Shown here one piece after another: positions 21,343 to 33,125 of a DNA stretch of 64,000 nt. The notes beneath the pieces were generated by a model that worked only from the letters and a program-made list of their open reading frames with translations, had not been told where the DNA came from and did not search any database. The DNA is taken from assembly GCA_010093705.1 (NCBI GenBank), contig MU006098.1:45981-109980 (forward strand), read 5' to 3'. Positions within the stretch are counted from its first letter, which is position 1. Every line of letters begins with the position of its first letter. The DNA is from Patellaria atrata CBS 101060 (taxonomy: Eukaryota). A program made the translations under genes and the position numbers.

Positions 21343-23679
21343 ATGAAGTGGTCAAGTGGGAATGAGCCAGAGGAGTTTCTGAATCAATTGCAGTCATACT
21401 TTCAAATCACTCATCAGCAACATAACTACAATGATCTCGTTGCACTTACAAAAATCTTAACAGAACTTGAGAGTACAGATGCAAATAGGCACGTAGCCGC
21501 TCTTCGGGTTCTTGGAGATGCTACTCGAGACTGTAAGTACTTAAATATAATTGAGCTCTTCGTTGCCGTGCCCATTTGTCCTTAAACCCAGGATATTGTT
21601 CTGCAGACTTCGAAATTTTGATAGCCAGATTTGTTGTACGCCTTGTTAAAGAGACGTACGTGCAAGATCATAGTTCGTTCCACTTAAGTTACTTCTTAGA
21701 GGAGATGTACATGGCGGGTATCTCTGACCTCGTTTTCCACAGAAGACTGATGACATCTACCCCTAGTTGAATGGCGTGCACCATTCGAAAAAGGCGGCGT
21801 TTTGAACTATGTTCTTGGCCAGCTTGATTCAAAAATGCACAGTTTAGACCTGACTACGCAGCATCTGCGGATAATTGGAAACTGTTGTGCGGATCTAGGT
21901 ACGGACTTCATTCTATCTATAGTATCATTGAGTCCTAAATGCATGGTTTCAGGCGACAACCGCACGGTATCCTTATATTACCTTGAAAACATTGTGGAAT
22001 GTTTTCAAAGACCTAATCTAGTGGATGTCACGTTAAGTGTGTTGTATAATCTCTGCAACGACTTCGGTAAGTCATATTGATTCCTTCCACTTTAGCCTGG
22101 ACCTCACTAAACCCTTCAAGAGGATGGCCAGACCGCAGCAGCAAGAATGAATCTAAACAGAATTATCTGCAATCTATTCACCAGCGGGAGATTATCTCCT
22201 GACACGGAAGCCGCATCCAGAGCTATAGATCTTCTTTCATGGTCTGCGGAGCGTATGACCGCATCGATCCTGCAGGAGATCGTTGCTGATGACTCCGGTT
22301 CTTCACTGGCGCAAATACTGCAGTTATGTCTTGATACACAAGACCCCGAAGATTACGATAATTTACTGTCCGTTTGCGTGGCATATCTCAGAGACAAGGA
22401 CCTTCAGCAGCGGGTAGCTTCTCAACCAGCACTGCTGACCCTGCTATTAAATGTTTACCAAGATGCTGTTGAACGGTTGACGGACTCTCAATTAGCCTCA
22501 GGAAACATCTCGAAGACTCTAATGAACATTCTTGCCCGTTTGTCCGATGTATCAGCTCTCGATGCGTACTCGAAGTCTGGCCTCTACAGCATATCATCTC
22601 CGTTCACCCAGAGACTAACGAAATTGTTGCAGTCCGATTCCATGTATCTTCGGATTTGTGGCTCCATTCTTCTCGGTAACCTCGCAGTATCAGACGAGGC
22701 GTGTCTTGCGCTACTACAAAACAACCATGTCAACGTAACCTTGCTGGACATGCTACGTACATCCACAGACCTGGAGGTTCTCCACGCTGCAGCTGGCTGT
22801 CTTAGCCATCTTGCTAGACCTCAAGGTACCAAAGCTCACCTCATATCGGACGGAATTCTGCCCGCAACCTTTAGACTATTCTCCTTCGACCACCAAACAC
22901 TCCGCCTTGATGCCGCAGTCATAGTCCGCGAACTGACGTCTCACTCGTACGAGTGCACCAGGCACATCATAAAGGATATCGTTCCGGCCGATGATGTCTC
23001 CGAACCAGAAACATACCATTCAAGCCTTCTCAAAATGGCACAACTTGGTGGCCCCGCCGCACTGCAAATTGCCCGTGCGATTATCTTCATGTTGCGTAGC
23101 ATCCATAGTACCGATAGTGAATCCGTAACCGAGACGGATAAGTCCGCGCTTCTCGCCTCTTTCTTCCACTCTTCTCTTGTTGCTCGTCCCTTGCTCCTCC
23201 TCATCAAGCAAGAAGACCCCCTCTTGCGCTCCGAAGCTTGGTTCGGACTCGCGCTCATGGCACGCCACGAAGCGGGCGCCACGCTCATAGCCAAGGGTCT
23301 GGAGGACGATAATGTCTTCAAGCGGTTGGAGGAAGTGCTCACTATACCGGGAAGGAAGCGAGAGTCTTCGTTCGGTTCTATGAGGGACTTCGAGTGGGAG
23401 AAGGAGGAGGAGAGCCCGGTGGAGACGCGGGATAAGAAGGAGTCAGTGGCGAAGACTGAGGACGCATTGATGAAGGCAGGAGAGGAGGGAACCGAGAAGG
23501 GAAAGATGAATAAGGAGAATGCGTTAGTGATGGTCTTAGAGACGTCTAAGAATGCGGTAGGTGATGTATGGCGGATATCTGGTTTTCTACTTGCTAATGA
23601 GTTGCAGAATGTGGACCGGGAAATGAAATCCAAGCTCCGTGAGCTTATGGAGATGAATGTTGTGGGCAACTCTCTATAG
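21343..23679 (+). CDS. Armadillo-repeat GTPase-binding protein (Bem4/SmgGDS/Vimar-like), several introns
   Basis: LRIIGNCCAD, VLYNLCNDF and ILLGNLAVSDEAC motifs with Leu-rich helical repeats. Introns at 21533-21766, ~21899-21952 and ~22067-22120; a further short intron near 23557-23607 is likely. Confidence 0.75.
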
Positions 23680-24574
23680 CACGAGGAAACGTGAAGTTGG
23701 TATATGCTGCGTCCTTATTCCTCATGATGGTGTGAATTCTGGGCTACTATATGTCTGCAGCACACGCAAGGAGCATGATACAGGATTCCTCCGTACGAAA
23801 ATCTCCTGGCTCTGTAAAGATCATATCAAAGTCTTACTAAAATGAATATATGATAAAATAGGTATTCTAGATCGGGGAGAGCGATGCTTCACGATCTAAT
23901 AAATCAACTCGGTCGCAAGTATTTAATTAGAGCTCTATTATGCAACTAATGAGCGCGTCTTCTCGTCTGTTGTCTCATTTCCGGGTCACTGTAAATTTCT
24001 TCTCGGGGTCCTATTTTTAACACCTTCATAACATAGCCACCTGTACAAACAAATCGTCTGACAACATCACCGAGCTGTACGGAGCAACCAATCCGTACGA
24101 AATGACTCACGAGCGCAAATCCGGGCAGCTTCGTATTCGAGAAGTAGGCTGTAACCCGAGCCCAGAACTGAATCAAAACGCCTGGACTGCGACTTACCCC
24201 GGGTTCCCCCTGATTTCTCTGCTCTCCATCTTTCAGTTGTCACACCCGAGTCTCCTCGATTATTCACTTCCGGGGTCAAGATCCGGTTGTAAACTATGTT
24301 ATCAAGACTGACTGTGGGGTTTGAATAGTAAATACGGCCGACCCACAACCTCCTGACCCAAGGTCGGTGTATAAATCAAATATCGAATCCAAAAATTGCC
24401 TGCCGAGCCTGAACTTCCAAGTCATCCATCTGCACCCAAGCGCGTTTGCGTCACGGGTGACGCAGCACACGCACACACACACATATACTTAAGCACTCCT
24501 CTACCCTAGACTTCCCTCCAACCTTTAGAACTTCAGACAAAAACAATACTACCAATATCTACAAGTCAGAATAC

Positions 24575-24680
24575 ACCCCTAAACGCCTCCTAAACACCAC
24601 CTCGAACACCACTCTAAACACCTCCTCAACACCTCCAAACACCTCAACACTTCCAAACACCTCAACACCTTCAAACACTA
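24575..24680 (+). repeat. Degenerate C/A-rich minisatellite (AAACACCTC-based, including ~3 x 18-bp units)
   Basis: Repeated AACACCTCCAAACACCTC variants read directly. Confidence 0.75.
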
Positions 24681-24719
24681 CAAGCCCTGAAAGGCACCCA
24701 ATTCCACATCAATAACACC

Positions 24720-24989
24720 ATGTCCACGCGAACCGACGCACGCACGCAGGGCGAGCGCATCCAAGCAAACCTCAGAAAGATATGGGGCGCGGATAAATAC
24801 TTCGACATCGACATCGAAACCGACGACGACGAGTACTACGACATATACGTGCACGACGATAGCGGTCCTAGACTGGACTCGGTCGTCACGATGGTATTTA
24901 TGATCAAGGGCGAGGATTGCGCCTGGGATTAACTGGATAGGATGTTGCAGCGCTCTGCCGACTCGGTTGGACGGGCAGCCGATAAGTAG
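24720..24989 (+). pseudogene. Small acidic uncharacterised fungal protein with an internal stop
   Basis: GERIQANLRKIWG...DIETDDDEYY...AWD*LDRML; the TAA at 24930-24932 interrupts a plausible AWDELDRML helix. Confidence 0.4.
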
Positions 24990-25819
24990 AGTGGAGAGCT
25001 TGGCAAAAAAAAATCCGGGCCGGGAGGGGGAATGCGTTGGATCCAAAGTCTACGAGGAAGAAGAGTAATGGCTTATTGCTGTTATCCGGGGAGGTGGTGG
25101 ATGGATATTGGACTGGACTATTTTATAGGGACTACGATGATATTTGTAATGGCTGAGCCCGATATTTGCTAGAATAGATGCTGTTGGGGATACAAATATT
25201 TGCTTGGTCGATCTATTTCCAATCCAATCACCCACACACACATAAAAACTTCTATGCAACGCAAAGGGATAGAATGCAATGCCGAACCTCAGTGTCCGTA
25301 GCATATACCAAAACTGTCCTAGGGAGCCTTACCTTCGATCAGATATACTGGAAAAAGTCTTGACCCTTCAACATTCTACGAAGACCATCATAAAGGAAAA
25401 GAACGGGTGTATGCAATTGAGAGTAGCGTTACCTTCTGTTGGAGATCATTATTGCAAGTTATGCGAAGGGACACAATCACTTGCTTGCAGAACGTGAAGT
25501 CTTAAAATGATTCGTAGGGTACGAAAATTCATACAGCTTGCAGTTACTGATATCACGACTTGAAATGGATCGTTGGAAGCACTTTTTATTAACAGATTTC
25601 ATTGCTCAGAATAGTAACAAGTAATATCATTAATTATCTAGACAAAAAAGAACCGAGAAAGAAACTGTAAAAAATACAAACCAGATGCACCGAAACAACA
25701 TGCGGAGAGACAAAACTTTTATCATAACGGCCGTATATCTCAAAACCGACCTGCTCAGAAAGACCCTCATCTAAGATGGCAAAACCCTTTCCGAGGACGC
25801 CAGCCCCAACATCTACGGT

Positions 25820-27453
25820 AAAGCTCATCTTGGTTTCCCTCATCACTAAGGTACTCATCTCCAACACCACGTAAAGGTGTAAGCTCATCGTTGGAGTGAA
25901 TCAGCCTTACGGCCCGATCCAGCTTTGGTCACCAGTATGCTCTGGACGGCTCTGTGCCATTCCTCCTTTGACCATGTCAAAGGTCTGTTCGAGAATCTTT
26001 GCCAAACGCCTTGGGATTCTTTCCCAGTTGTACCCTCAGCGCCACTGTGCTGCTGAAGGTTTAATTACTAGTACGCTCTGGTCGGCTCTTTCGCCTCTTC
26101 CTTTGACCATGTCAAGGACCCTTGTTCGACACTCAATGCCAAACGTCTTTTCGGGCTTCTTGCCCCTCTTGTGCTCCCAGCATCTCGCTGAAAGACTTCT
26201 TTCCTCCTAACATCTCGCTGAAGACTTCCTAAGCGTCTACCTCTTTTTGTTCTCTCAACCTGTGGCTGGAGGTCCCTAGTACTTCGGCCGCTGCCTCTAC
26301 AGTCTGCTAGACCAGGTCAAACCCCTCTCTGGAGGTTACCTTGCAGTACCCGCCTTATCGCCGTCAGATGTCGAGCGAACCGATTTGACCTTTTCAGGTT
26401 TCCTCAATTCCAACACTACGACTACATGGAGGAAGAAGGTCCTGTCGATCCTTTTTAGGTGATCGATAGGAATCTCCGTTCTAGTTCTCAAGTGCTGATG
26501 TAGTGTCTTGCAACCCGAACCTGAGTGGTTCACAAAGGACAAGACCAGATCCTTTGCAGGCACAGGAAGTGTCCTTTGCGAAGCCTCAAGGTGGAATCTG
26601 CATCTCAAAGCTCATCTTGGTTTCCCCGTTGCCGGGTACTCGTCTCCAACACCACGTAGAGGTGTGAGCTTGCCGTTGGAGTAGATCAGCCTTGCGGCCC
26701 GATCCAGCTTTGACTGTTACCCAGTGTGCTCTGGTCGGCTTTCGCCCGTTCCTCTGGCTACCAAAGTGCGATATGCAGGAAACATGTTCCCTTCTCCCCT
26801 TTAAGGTTCATTGCCAGTGGAATGATTGTCCCTTTTCGGCGTCATGTTTCAGGTCCTTTTGGGTATTTCCCTTGCCTTCTCCTTTAGGTATTTCCCGTAG
26901 ATCCTTTCAACATCATTGCCTTAAGGTATTTTCCTTTGGATCGGGAACCGGCGAGGTTGCGTGCAACACTCATCCGACACCTCACCTCAGGTTGCATAGT
27001 TTCGCACCACCATCATCCTTATGCCTTCACTCTTGTGCGCTCGCTTTGAATCAAGTCTTCAGTCATAAACCGACTGTACTTTGAAGCAGTTGCATTGAGC
27101 TCCAGCGTGGACGGTGGTGCGTTGCTGATACGACTTGAATTCTCATTTAGCCTTTTATTCGTCTAACCAGCCCTTTCGGGTGGGTAGGTCTTGCCATCTC
27201 GTCCCCGGTAGCAATAAGTAGATTGACTGAACCTTTCCAGGTGTCCTCAATGTCACCAATGCACCGAGTCGCCATGAGAAAGGAAAATGGAGACCATCCT
27301 TTTCAGGACATCGCCGATGATTCCTCGACAGGCTCTCAAGAACAGGCGTAGCGTCTTCGTAGTTCAGGGCTTTGTGTCATCACATAGGTCAAGACCAGTT
27401 CCTTTTCAGGCAAAGGAAGTGTCCTATGCGAGGACACAAAGGTGAAACAGCAT
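25820..27453. repeat. Diverged two-unit tandem duplication (25820-26606 and 26607-27453) with an internal ~136-bp duplication
   Basis: Both units start AAAGCTCATCTTGGTTTCCC...CTCCAACACCACGTA...GGCCCGATCCAGCTTTG and end CAAGACCAG.TCCTTT.CAGGCA.AGGAAGTGTCCT.TGCGA. Segment 25934-26040 is repeated at 26070-26185. Confidence 0.8.
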
Positions 27454-28325
27454 AAATCAACTATTCGTCATGTACGTCATGTTCGTCTTGTCACTCAACA
27501 AGTTGAATGAAAGTAAGCATGACCAAGTAAAAGATTCTCAAGGTAGGATTGACGAGATACTCAACATTGCACCTAGGGCAGAGTCCTTTGCAGTCTCTGT
27601 TAGGGTTCTAAATGCGCCCAAACATCTCTTGCTCAAGTGAGCACCTTCGCAGATGAACCACCAGTATAGAGATAATTGAGAGATCTGTAAATGTCCACCT
27701 GCTGTTTCTTGAGGAACTCTCACCAAGTCATGGATCCAACACAACAAGTCCCAAGCTCTGCAATATGTCCGCATTTCCAGCTCATCCTTATTCTAGGCCA
27801 TCGAAAATGAAGACATATGCATCATCGCTTGTTACCGGGCTCTTTCAATTATTGTAGAAAACCGGCGGTTTTGAAAAGTGCGAGTCTCCAAAAAATCGCC
27901 TCATGTTGGATGAGGAAAAAAGAAGAGAGAGTTTGAGAAGGCTGTGGGAGGTTAAATACGAGGCGGGTGGGTCTGTGCTGGGGCGAAGGTGCAGGGGTTT
28001 TAGCGTGATTTAGTAAGCAACACTGGGAGACTGAATCCCCAACCACCCCTTTTCGCGCGGGCAGTCTCTCACGCGCGTGTAACGTGTACGTCCGTACTGT
28101 AGAAGCAATAATTGAATTGATTTCAAGAATCTTATAAGATATAGCATAGGCAATTGATGAAATTCATATTCATTCCAAGTTCCAGTTGAACTAATTTCAA
28201 ACATACGCCCAGCTACCTAATACCTGATGAGGTCCCTCATACCCCATTAATCCCCATTATCAAGAGTATACACAGAATTAAATGTATGGTAGATGTGACC
28301 ACTAACAAGAAGACCTTCAAGCATC

Positions 28326-29556
28326 CTAAGCAGTAGCTTCAGTAACAGTCCCGCTCTCCGAAGTATCCTTCTTCTCTTGATTCTTCTTCGCTGCCATCTG
28401 CCATGCTGGAATGGCAGCTTTTCCATTTGCTAAGCGTCCATAAGGACTCGACGTTTGCGCCCTCTCGGGCATCGTGCTCGTAGCAGACCCATCCAGGCTT
28501 TCGGTCGCAGCACCTACCGGTCCTCCGGACGTAGAAGGTGTCGCAGCTCCGCTCGCGATTCCGTTAACAGCGGTGCTTGATGCATTCTGACTTCCATAAA
28601 TGTTCGGGCCTGGCATCGATATACTGCTTGGTCTTGGTTGTTGCGGTTGTGGCTGGCTCAAGCGGTTTCCGATAAGAGTTTTTAGACTCTTAAGCTCGTT
28701 CCCTAGCTCCCTTAATCTTCCATCTGTGCTCTCCTTCTGTGCATCTATTGCTTTAGGGATCAACTCCCGTAACGACCGTATATCGTCATTTAGGCGCCTA
28801 GCTTCATCATCTTGTCTCTTTGATGCGTCTTTCAAAGATCCTAGCACTGATTCGAGATCTATTAATGCTGAATCGAGCCGCTGGGTTCGAGCGTCCTCAG
28901 ATGCCTTAAGGGCAGCGGTATCGGTGTTTACTTGCTCAATAAGAGCGAAAGCGCGATTGAACTGCTCGTCAATTGCGGCTTTGTCCTGTTCTAGCTGTGG
29001 GGGAGTTGGGGGTTTGATAAGAGGGATAATATAGCGCTAGGGGATCAGTTAGATACGTGAACCATCAGATATGCCGCTATGCCCATACCTTCACCGTGAA
29101 ATATAACCCATAACTAACACCACCCATGACTGTGGCCATTATGAACCAATCTCTCCAGTCTCTCTTCGGTAGCGGTGGTGGAGGCGGTTGTTGCCAGTAA
29201 CCCGGGGATTGGTAACCCCCATATCCGGGAGGTGGTGGTGGCGGTTGTCTGTATGAAGGCTGACCCGAAGACGATGGAGTTGCCGGAGTCGCTGTACCAG
29301 AGTCATCGCCAGCCCGTGCTAATGCAATATCAATCTCCTCTTGAGTAAGGTTCTTCGACTGGAGAAATGCTATCCTCTTTTCGAGTGGTGCGCTCGCAAC
29401 AGAAGGATCTATGAGAACTATGCGACCGAATTAGATAATCTTCTAAAAAAGACAGAGAGCGGCCATGCTTACAGGTGACCTATAGTGGATTAGCAATTGT
29501 CGACGTACGGGTGCATTTACTCTTACCGCGGATGATATGAGGTCCTCGCGGACCAT
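28326..29556 (-). CDS. PEX14: Peroxin 14 (includes a 7-nt microexon at 29473-29479)
   Basis: MVREDLISSA/VTF/LIDPSVASAPLEKRIAFLQSKNLTQEEIDIAL (Pex14_N), RDWRDWFIMAT TM segment, coiled coil and KAAIPAWQM. Confidence 0.93.
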
Positions 29557-29894
29557 CTTGAATTTCTAGCACACAATACTAGGTAAACGAGTGCTCGAGA
29601 TTTAAGGGATATAATAATAAGAAGGGATGGAAGAGAGGGTGTGGCGCCGGAGGTTGTAGAGCGTGTCAAGAGAGGTGAAATGCTGGAGGCGGGAAAGCCG
29701 AGGCATGACCGCACCAGAGCGGTCCGAGTGTTTCTCTTTACGCCCAGCTCTAGATATTACCACAGTACGTTCATCGTTACATCACACGTTCAAACTTTCT
29801 CATGGTACATCTCTTTAGGCACGTAGATACCGCAGTTACTGATAGGACATATATCAATATATTAAATCAAAACCATCATATTCACTTTGCTAAC

Positions 29895-30904
29895 CTAAAT
29901 ATTCCTCCCACCAGTAACCTCAATAGTCTGCCCAGTCACATACGAAAAATACGGACTGCAAAGCGCCAAAATCGAACCCGCCGCCTCCGTCGCAGTACCC
30001 GGTCTTCTCAACGGGATATCCAAATGCTGCGCCGCGCCAGCAGCCCTCTGTTGCGCCTCAGGAATACCCAGCGCGACCTTACTTCCATCCGGTAGCGTCA
30101 CTGATGCGCCTGCCTCCTTTGCGCCTGTCAATCTGGTCAAAATGTGTCCAAACGCAATACAATTACATCGCACGCCGAACTGGGGACCCCATTCCTTTGC
30201 GATCGTCTTCGTGAGGCCTGTCACGCCGGCTTTGGCGACGGAATAGTTCGCCTGCCCTGCGTTGCCGTGCGTACCGGACGTCGATGAGATGTTGACGATA
30301 CTACGGGATTCACCATCCTTGACACGGAAGTAGGGCGCTGCGGCTCGGATTATTCTGAATGGGCCCGTTGTGTGCAGGTCGATGATGTTTGACCATTGCT
30401 TGTCTGACATCTGGTAACGTCAATGGTTTGCTTTCTGGCCTGTGTGGGAGGCCTCCTCACCTTGTGAATAACAGCGTCCCATGTGTACCCAGCATTGTTG
30501 ACGATGATATGGATCTTGCCGTTACCAAATTCTGCGGCTTTCTTTACGAGCTCCTCGGGATACTTAGGGTCTAGTACGTCTCCGGGAACACTGATTGCAG
30601 CACTACCTGCCTCATTGATACTCTTTGTGACCTCGTCCGCTTTCTCTTGGATGGGATTAGTATAGATATTTCCCAGAATAGACTCGTCTTATATGTGGAG
30701 TTTGGGGTAGAAGCGGAAACGGTGTTGCTTACTGGCATCGATATCTGAAATTACAACCTTAGCTCCCTCATTTGCGAAGAGACGCGCAGCTTCAGCACCA
30801 ATTCCTTGTCCCGAACCAGTAATGATAGCTACTTGACCACTCAGCAAGCCCTTCGGGAAGTTCAGCTGATGGCCGATAGCAGTTATTCTTTTATCATAAG
30901 ACAT
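29895..30904 (-). CDS. Short-chain dehydrogenase / 3-oxoacyl-ACP reductase-like (2 introns)
   Basis: ITGSGQGIG, IIVNNAG, NISSTSG and YSVAK (YxxxK) motifs. Confidence 0.9.
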
Positions 30905-31391
30905 AATGATGTGAAAATCTAGATATAAGAAATAAGAAAAGTAGAATCGAGAAAAATTGAAAACTTGAGCGCCATAGAGCTACAATTAAGGTTCGAGTAG
31001 TAACGCAGCTTATACTACGGCACCCGTCGTCACTTATGGCGGATTATGTTACCCCAGGTTTTGGGAAAATGCCGAGGGATCTCGAAAAGCCGCCCGATGC
31101 CGAATAGTAGTTCAGTAGCGGTAGAAAATATTAGCTGGCGTTCCATAATTTCATGTGGGTCCTCAAGTATCTGCTCAAGAAGATGATTTGAAACCAAAGT
31201 GTTGAGAATAATGTAATCGAATTTTGAATACTACAGGATGTATTTGACTCCATGTAAATGCGAACACAAAGCGCCTAGTGAATGCTCAATCCGGCACCCA
31301 CCATACCGTATCCATGCAACGAAAGGAAGCGAAAGTATTAAACTAATAGTAATAGAACATGAGTAAACTGATCCAGCAGTTTGGAACTTCT

Positions 31392-33125
31392 CTAGGCTCT
31401 TGAGGTCTTCGCCCTCCTATTCTTACCGCACTCCTTCCGACTAAGAGCCTCTTCGGGCCACACCCAACCCCTTATCCTCTTCGCCTCTCTCTTCTCACCG
31501 AGCTGCGGTTTCGGGATCCACTCGTCCTTATCGATGCAGTTCTGCCTGGTCAAGGCGGCGGGTCCCCCAACGTCCATCCTCCAGGTACCCTTCCCTGGCA
31601 AAGGGTTCTCCTTTGCAAGCATGTGAAGATACCAGAGTGCAAGACCAGCTGTGAGGTGTACCGCGCCAGTCTCAGCATGAAGGCCATGAGTGGATAGTTG
31701 AATTGGATCTGCGAGCTCGAGGTATCCGAAGATTGGAGCAATGCCACTGGAAGATTCAGTCGTGGAAGGACCTCCGCATCGCACGCAGAGCAGCTCAATC
31801 TCAGTCATGATAAATCCGTAGCGGCATCCATGTTCTCGCATAAGACGGTGAAGATGAGCGAGGCCTTGAAGGTAGTAAACCTGCTTGTTTGCAGCTTCTC
31901 TACGCATACCAGTATTCCACTGATCATATGCTTTGACAAGCCCAACAACGCGACCACGGCCGTCGCCATAGATAGTCCTTTCGTAATCAGACTGATAGCT
32001 GGAGACAAAATCGGGCTTCTGGCGAGCGTCTGCTAGTGTTTTCTGTGCACGCATCATGATATGTGATTCACCCTGGCACATTCTCAAAGCCGCATTCACC
32101 TTGGTTGCATGATAATCCCGGTAGATGTCTTGCAGAGCTGATTCCGTCTCTGGCATCAGGGTTGGTTTAGCAGGAGTGGGAAGAAAACTTTCAGGAACCT
32201 TGACGTTGAGGAGCTCGGGAAAGCGGGGAATAGCGAGCATGTTAGAAACGTTGAAGTCGTTCCAACTCCTTAGGTTTCGAATATCCCACCAGAAGTTCAG
32301 GTTGAGAGCTCGGTTAACGCTGGTGATGCGACGAACAAGGCTAGGGGATGGATTTGGTGCAGTAAGATACTCTAGCAAAGAGGTTTCGGTCTGAACTGGA
32401 TATGGTGCTTGGACTGGAAGAGCAGTTTGGATGGTGTGAGTCTCCTGGGTCATATGCTGGACTTGGGAGTAAGACACTGGTCTTGTACTGGTATAACTGA
32501 CGCTAGGCGCAGCTGGAGTAGCCGACGTGACATAGGTTGGCATATTGCGATAAGTAGGATAACCAAAACGGCCAATCACGCTTTCATCAATGCTCGAGCC
32601 AGAGCCTGATCGACGATGCTGGTGGATAGCAGAAGCGGATGTCGAACGGGAATGCGCCATTGAAGGCCGGCTTAGCTGTGACTGGGGTGCAGCAAATGTG
32701 ACCGGGGAATTGAGCGCTGAGTGGAACAAGCTATCGTACGGGGATGAAGCAGATACGGGAGAGATGATGTAGTCTGAGGATTCGGGACTTGTGGAGCGAC
32801 GAGTAGCCATCGGTCTCTGCGCCTGTGTGTAGGGATTGAAATTGGCTGGGAAGCCAGTACTGGTGGTTGACACTGTCCTGCGGTGACGAACTGGTCCAGA
32901 TACTGGTTCCTTGATCTGGTCCTGGATGCGCACTTTGGGGAGCAGAGTTGCGCCATATCGCAGAGGAGACTTGGGAGGGGTAGTTGCGCGGGTCGCAACA
33001 GAGTTAGGGGATGAATCTTGAGAGTAGCATGAGGAGTTTGAAGTGGTACGGCTATGCGCGCTATCCGGATAGGATGCATAGAGGGTAGTCTCAGGAGTAA
33101 TTTGTCTATACATAGCGAAATCCAT
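31392..33125 (-). CDS. Conserved Pezizomycotina protein: Ser/Pro-rich N-terminus and globular C-terminal domain
   Basis: 577-aa intact ORF with LLPKVR.QDQ, FWWDIRNLRSW, REHGCRYGFIMTEIELLCVR and REAKRIRGWVWP. Probable 5'UTR intron at ~33138-33192. Confidence 0.8.
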   Translation of the reverse strand: MDFAMYRQITPETTLYASYPDSAHSRTTSNSSCYSQDSSPNSVATRATTPPKSPLRYGATLLPKVRIQDQIKEPVSGPVRHRRTVSTTSTGFPANFNPYTQAQRPMATRRSTSPESSDYIISPVSASSPYDSLFHSALNSPVTFAAPQSQLSRPSMAHSRSTSASAIHQHRRSGSGSSIDESVIGRFGYPTYRNMPTYVTSATPAAPSVSYTSTRPVSYSQVQHMTQETHTIQTALPVQAPYPVQTETSLLEYLTAPNPSPSLVRRITSVNRALNLNFWWDIRNLRSWNDFNVSNMLAIPRFPELLNVKVPESFLPTPAKPTLMPETESALQDIYRDYHATKVNAALRMCQGESHIMMRAQKTLADARQKPDFVSSYQSDYERTIYGDGRGRVVGLVKAYDQWNTGMRREAANKQVYYLQGLAHLHRLMREHGCRYGFIMTEIELLCVRCGGPSTTESSSGIAPIFGYLELADPIQLSTHGLHAETGAVHLTAGLALWYLHMLAKENPLPGKGTWRMDVGGPAALTRQNCIDKDEWIPKPQLGEKREAKRIRGWVWPEEALSRKECGKNRRAKTSRA

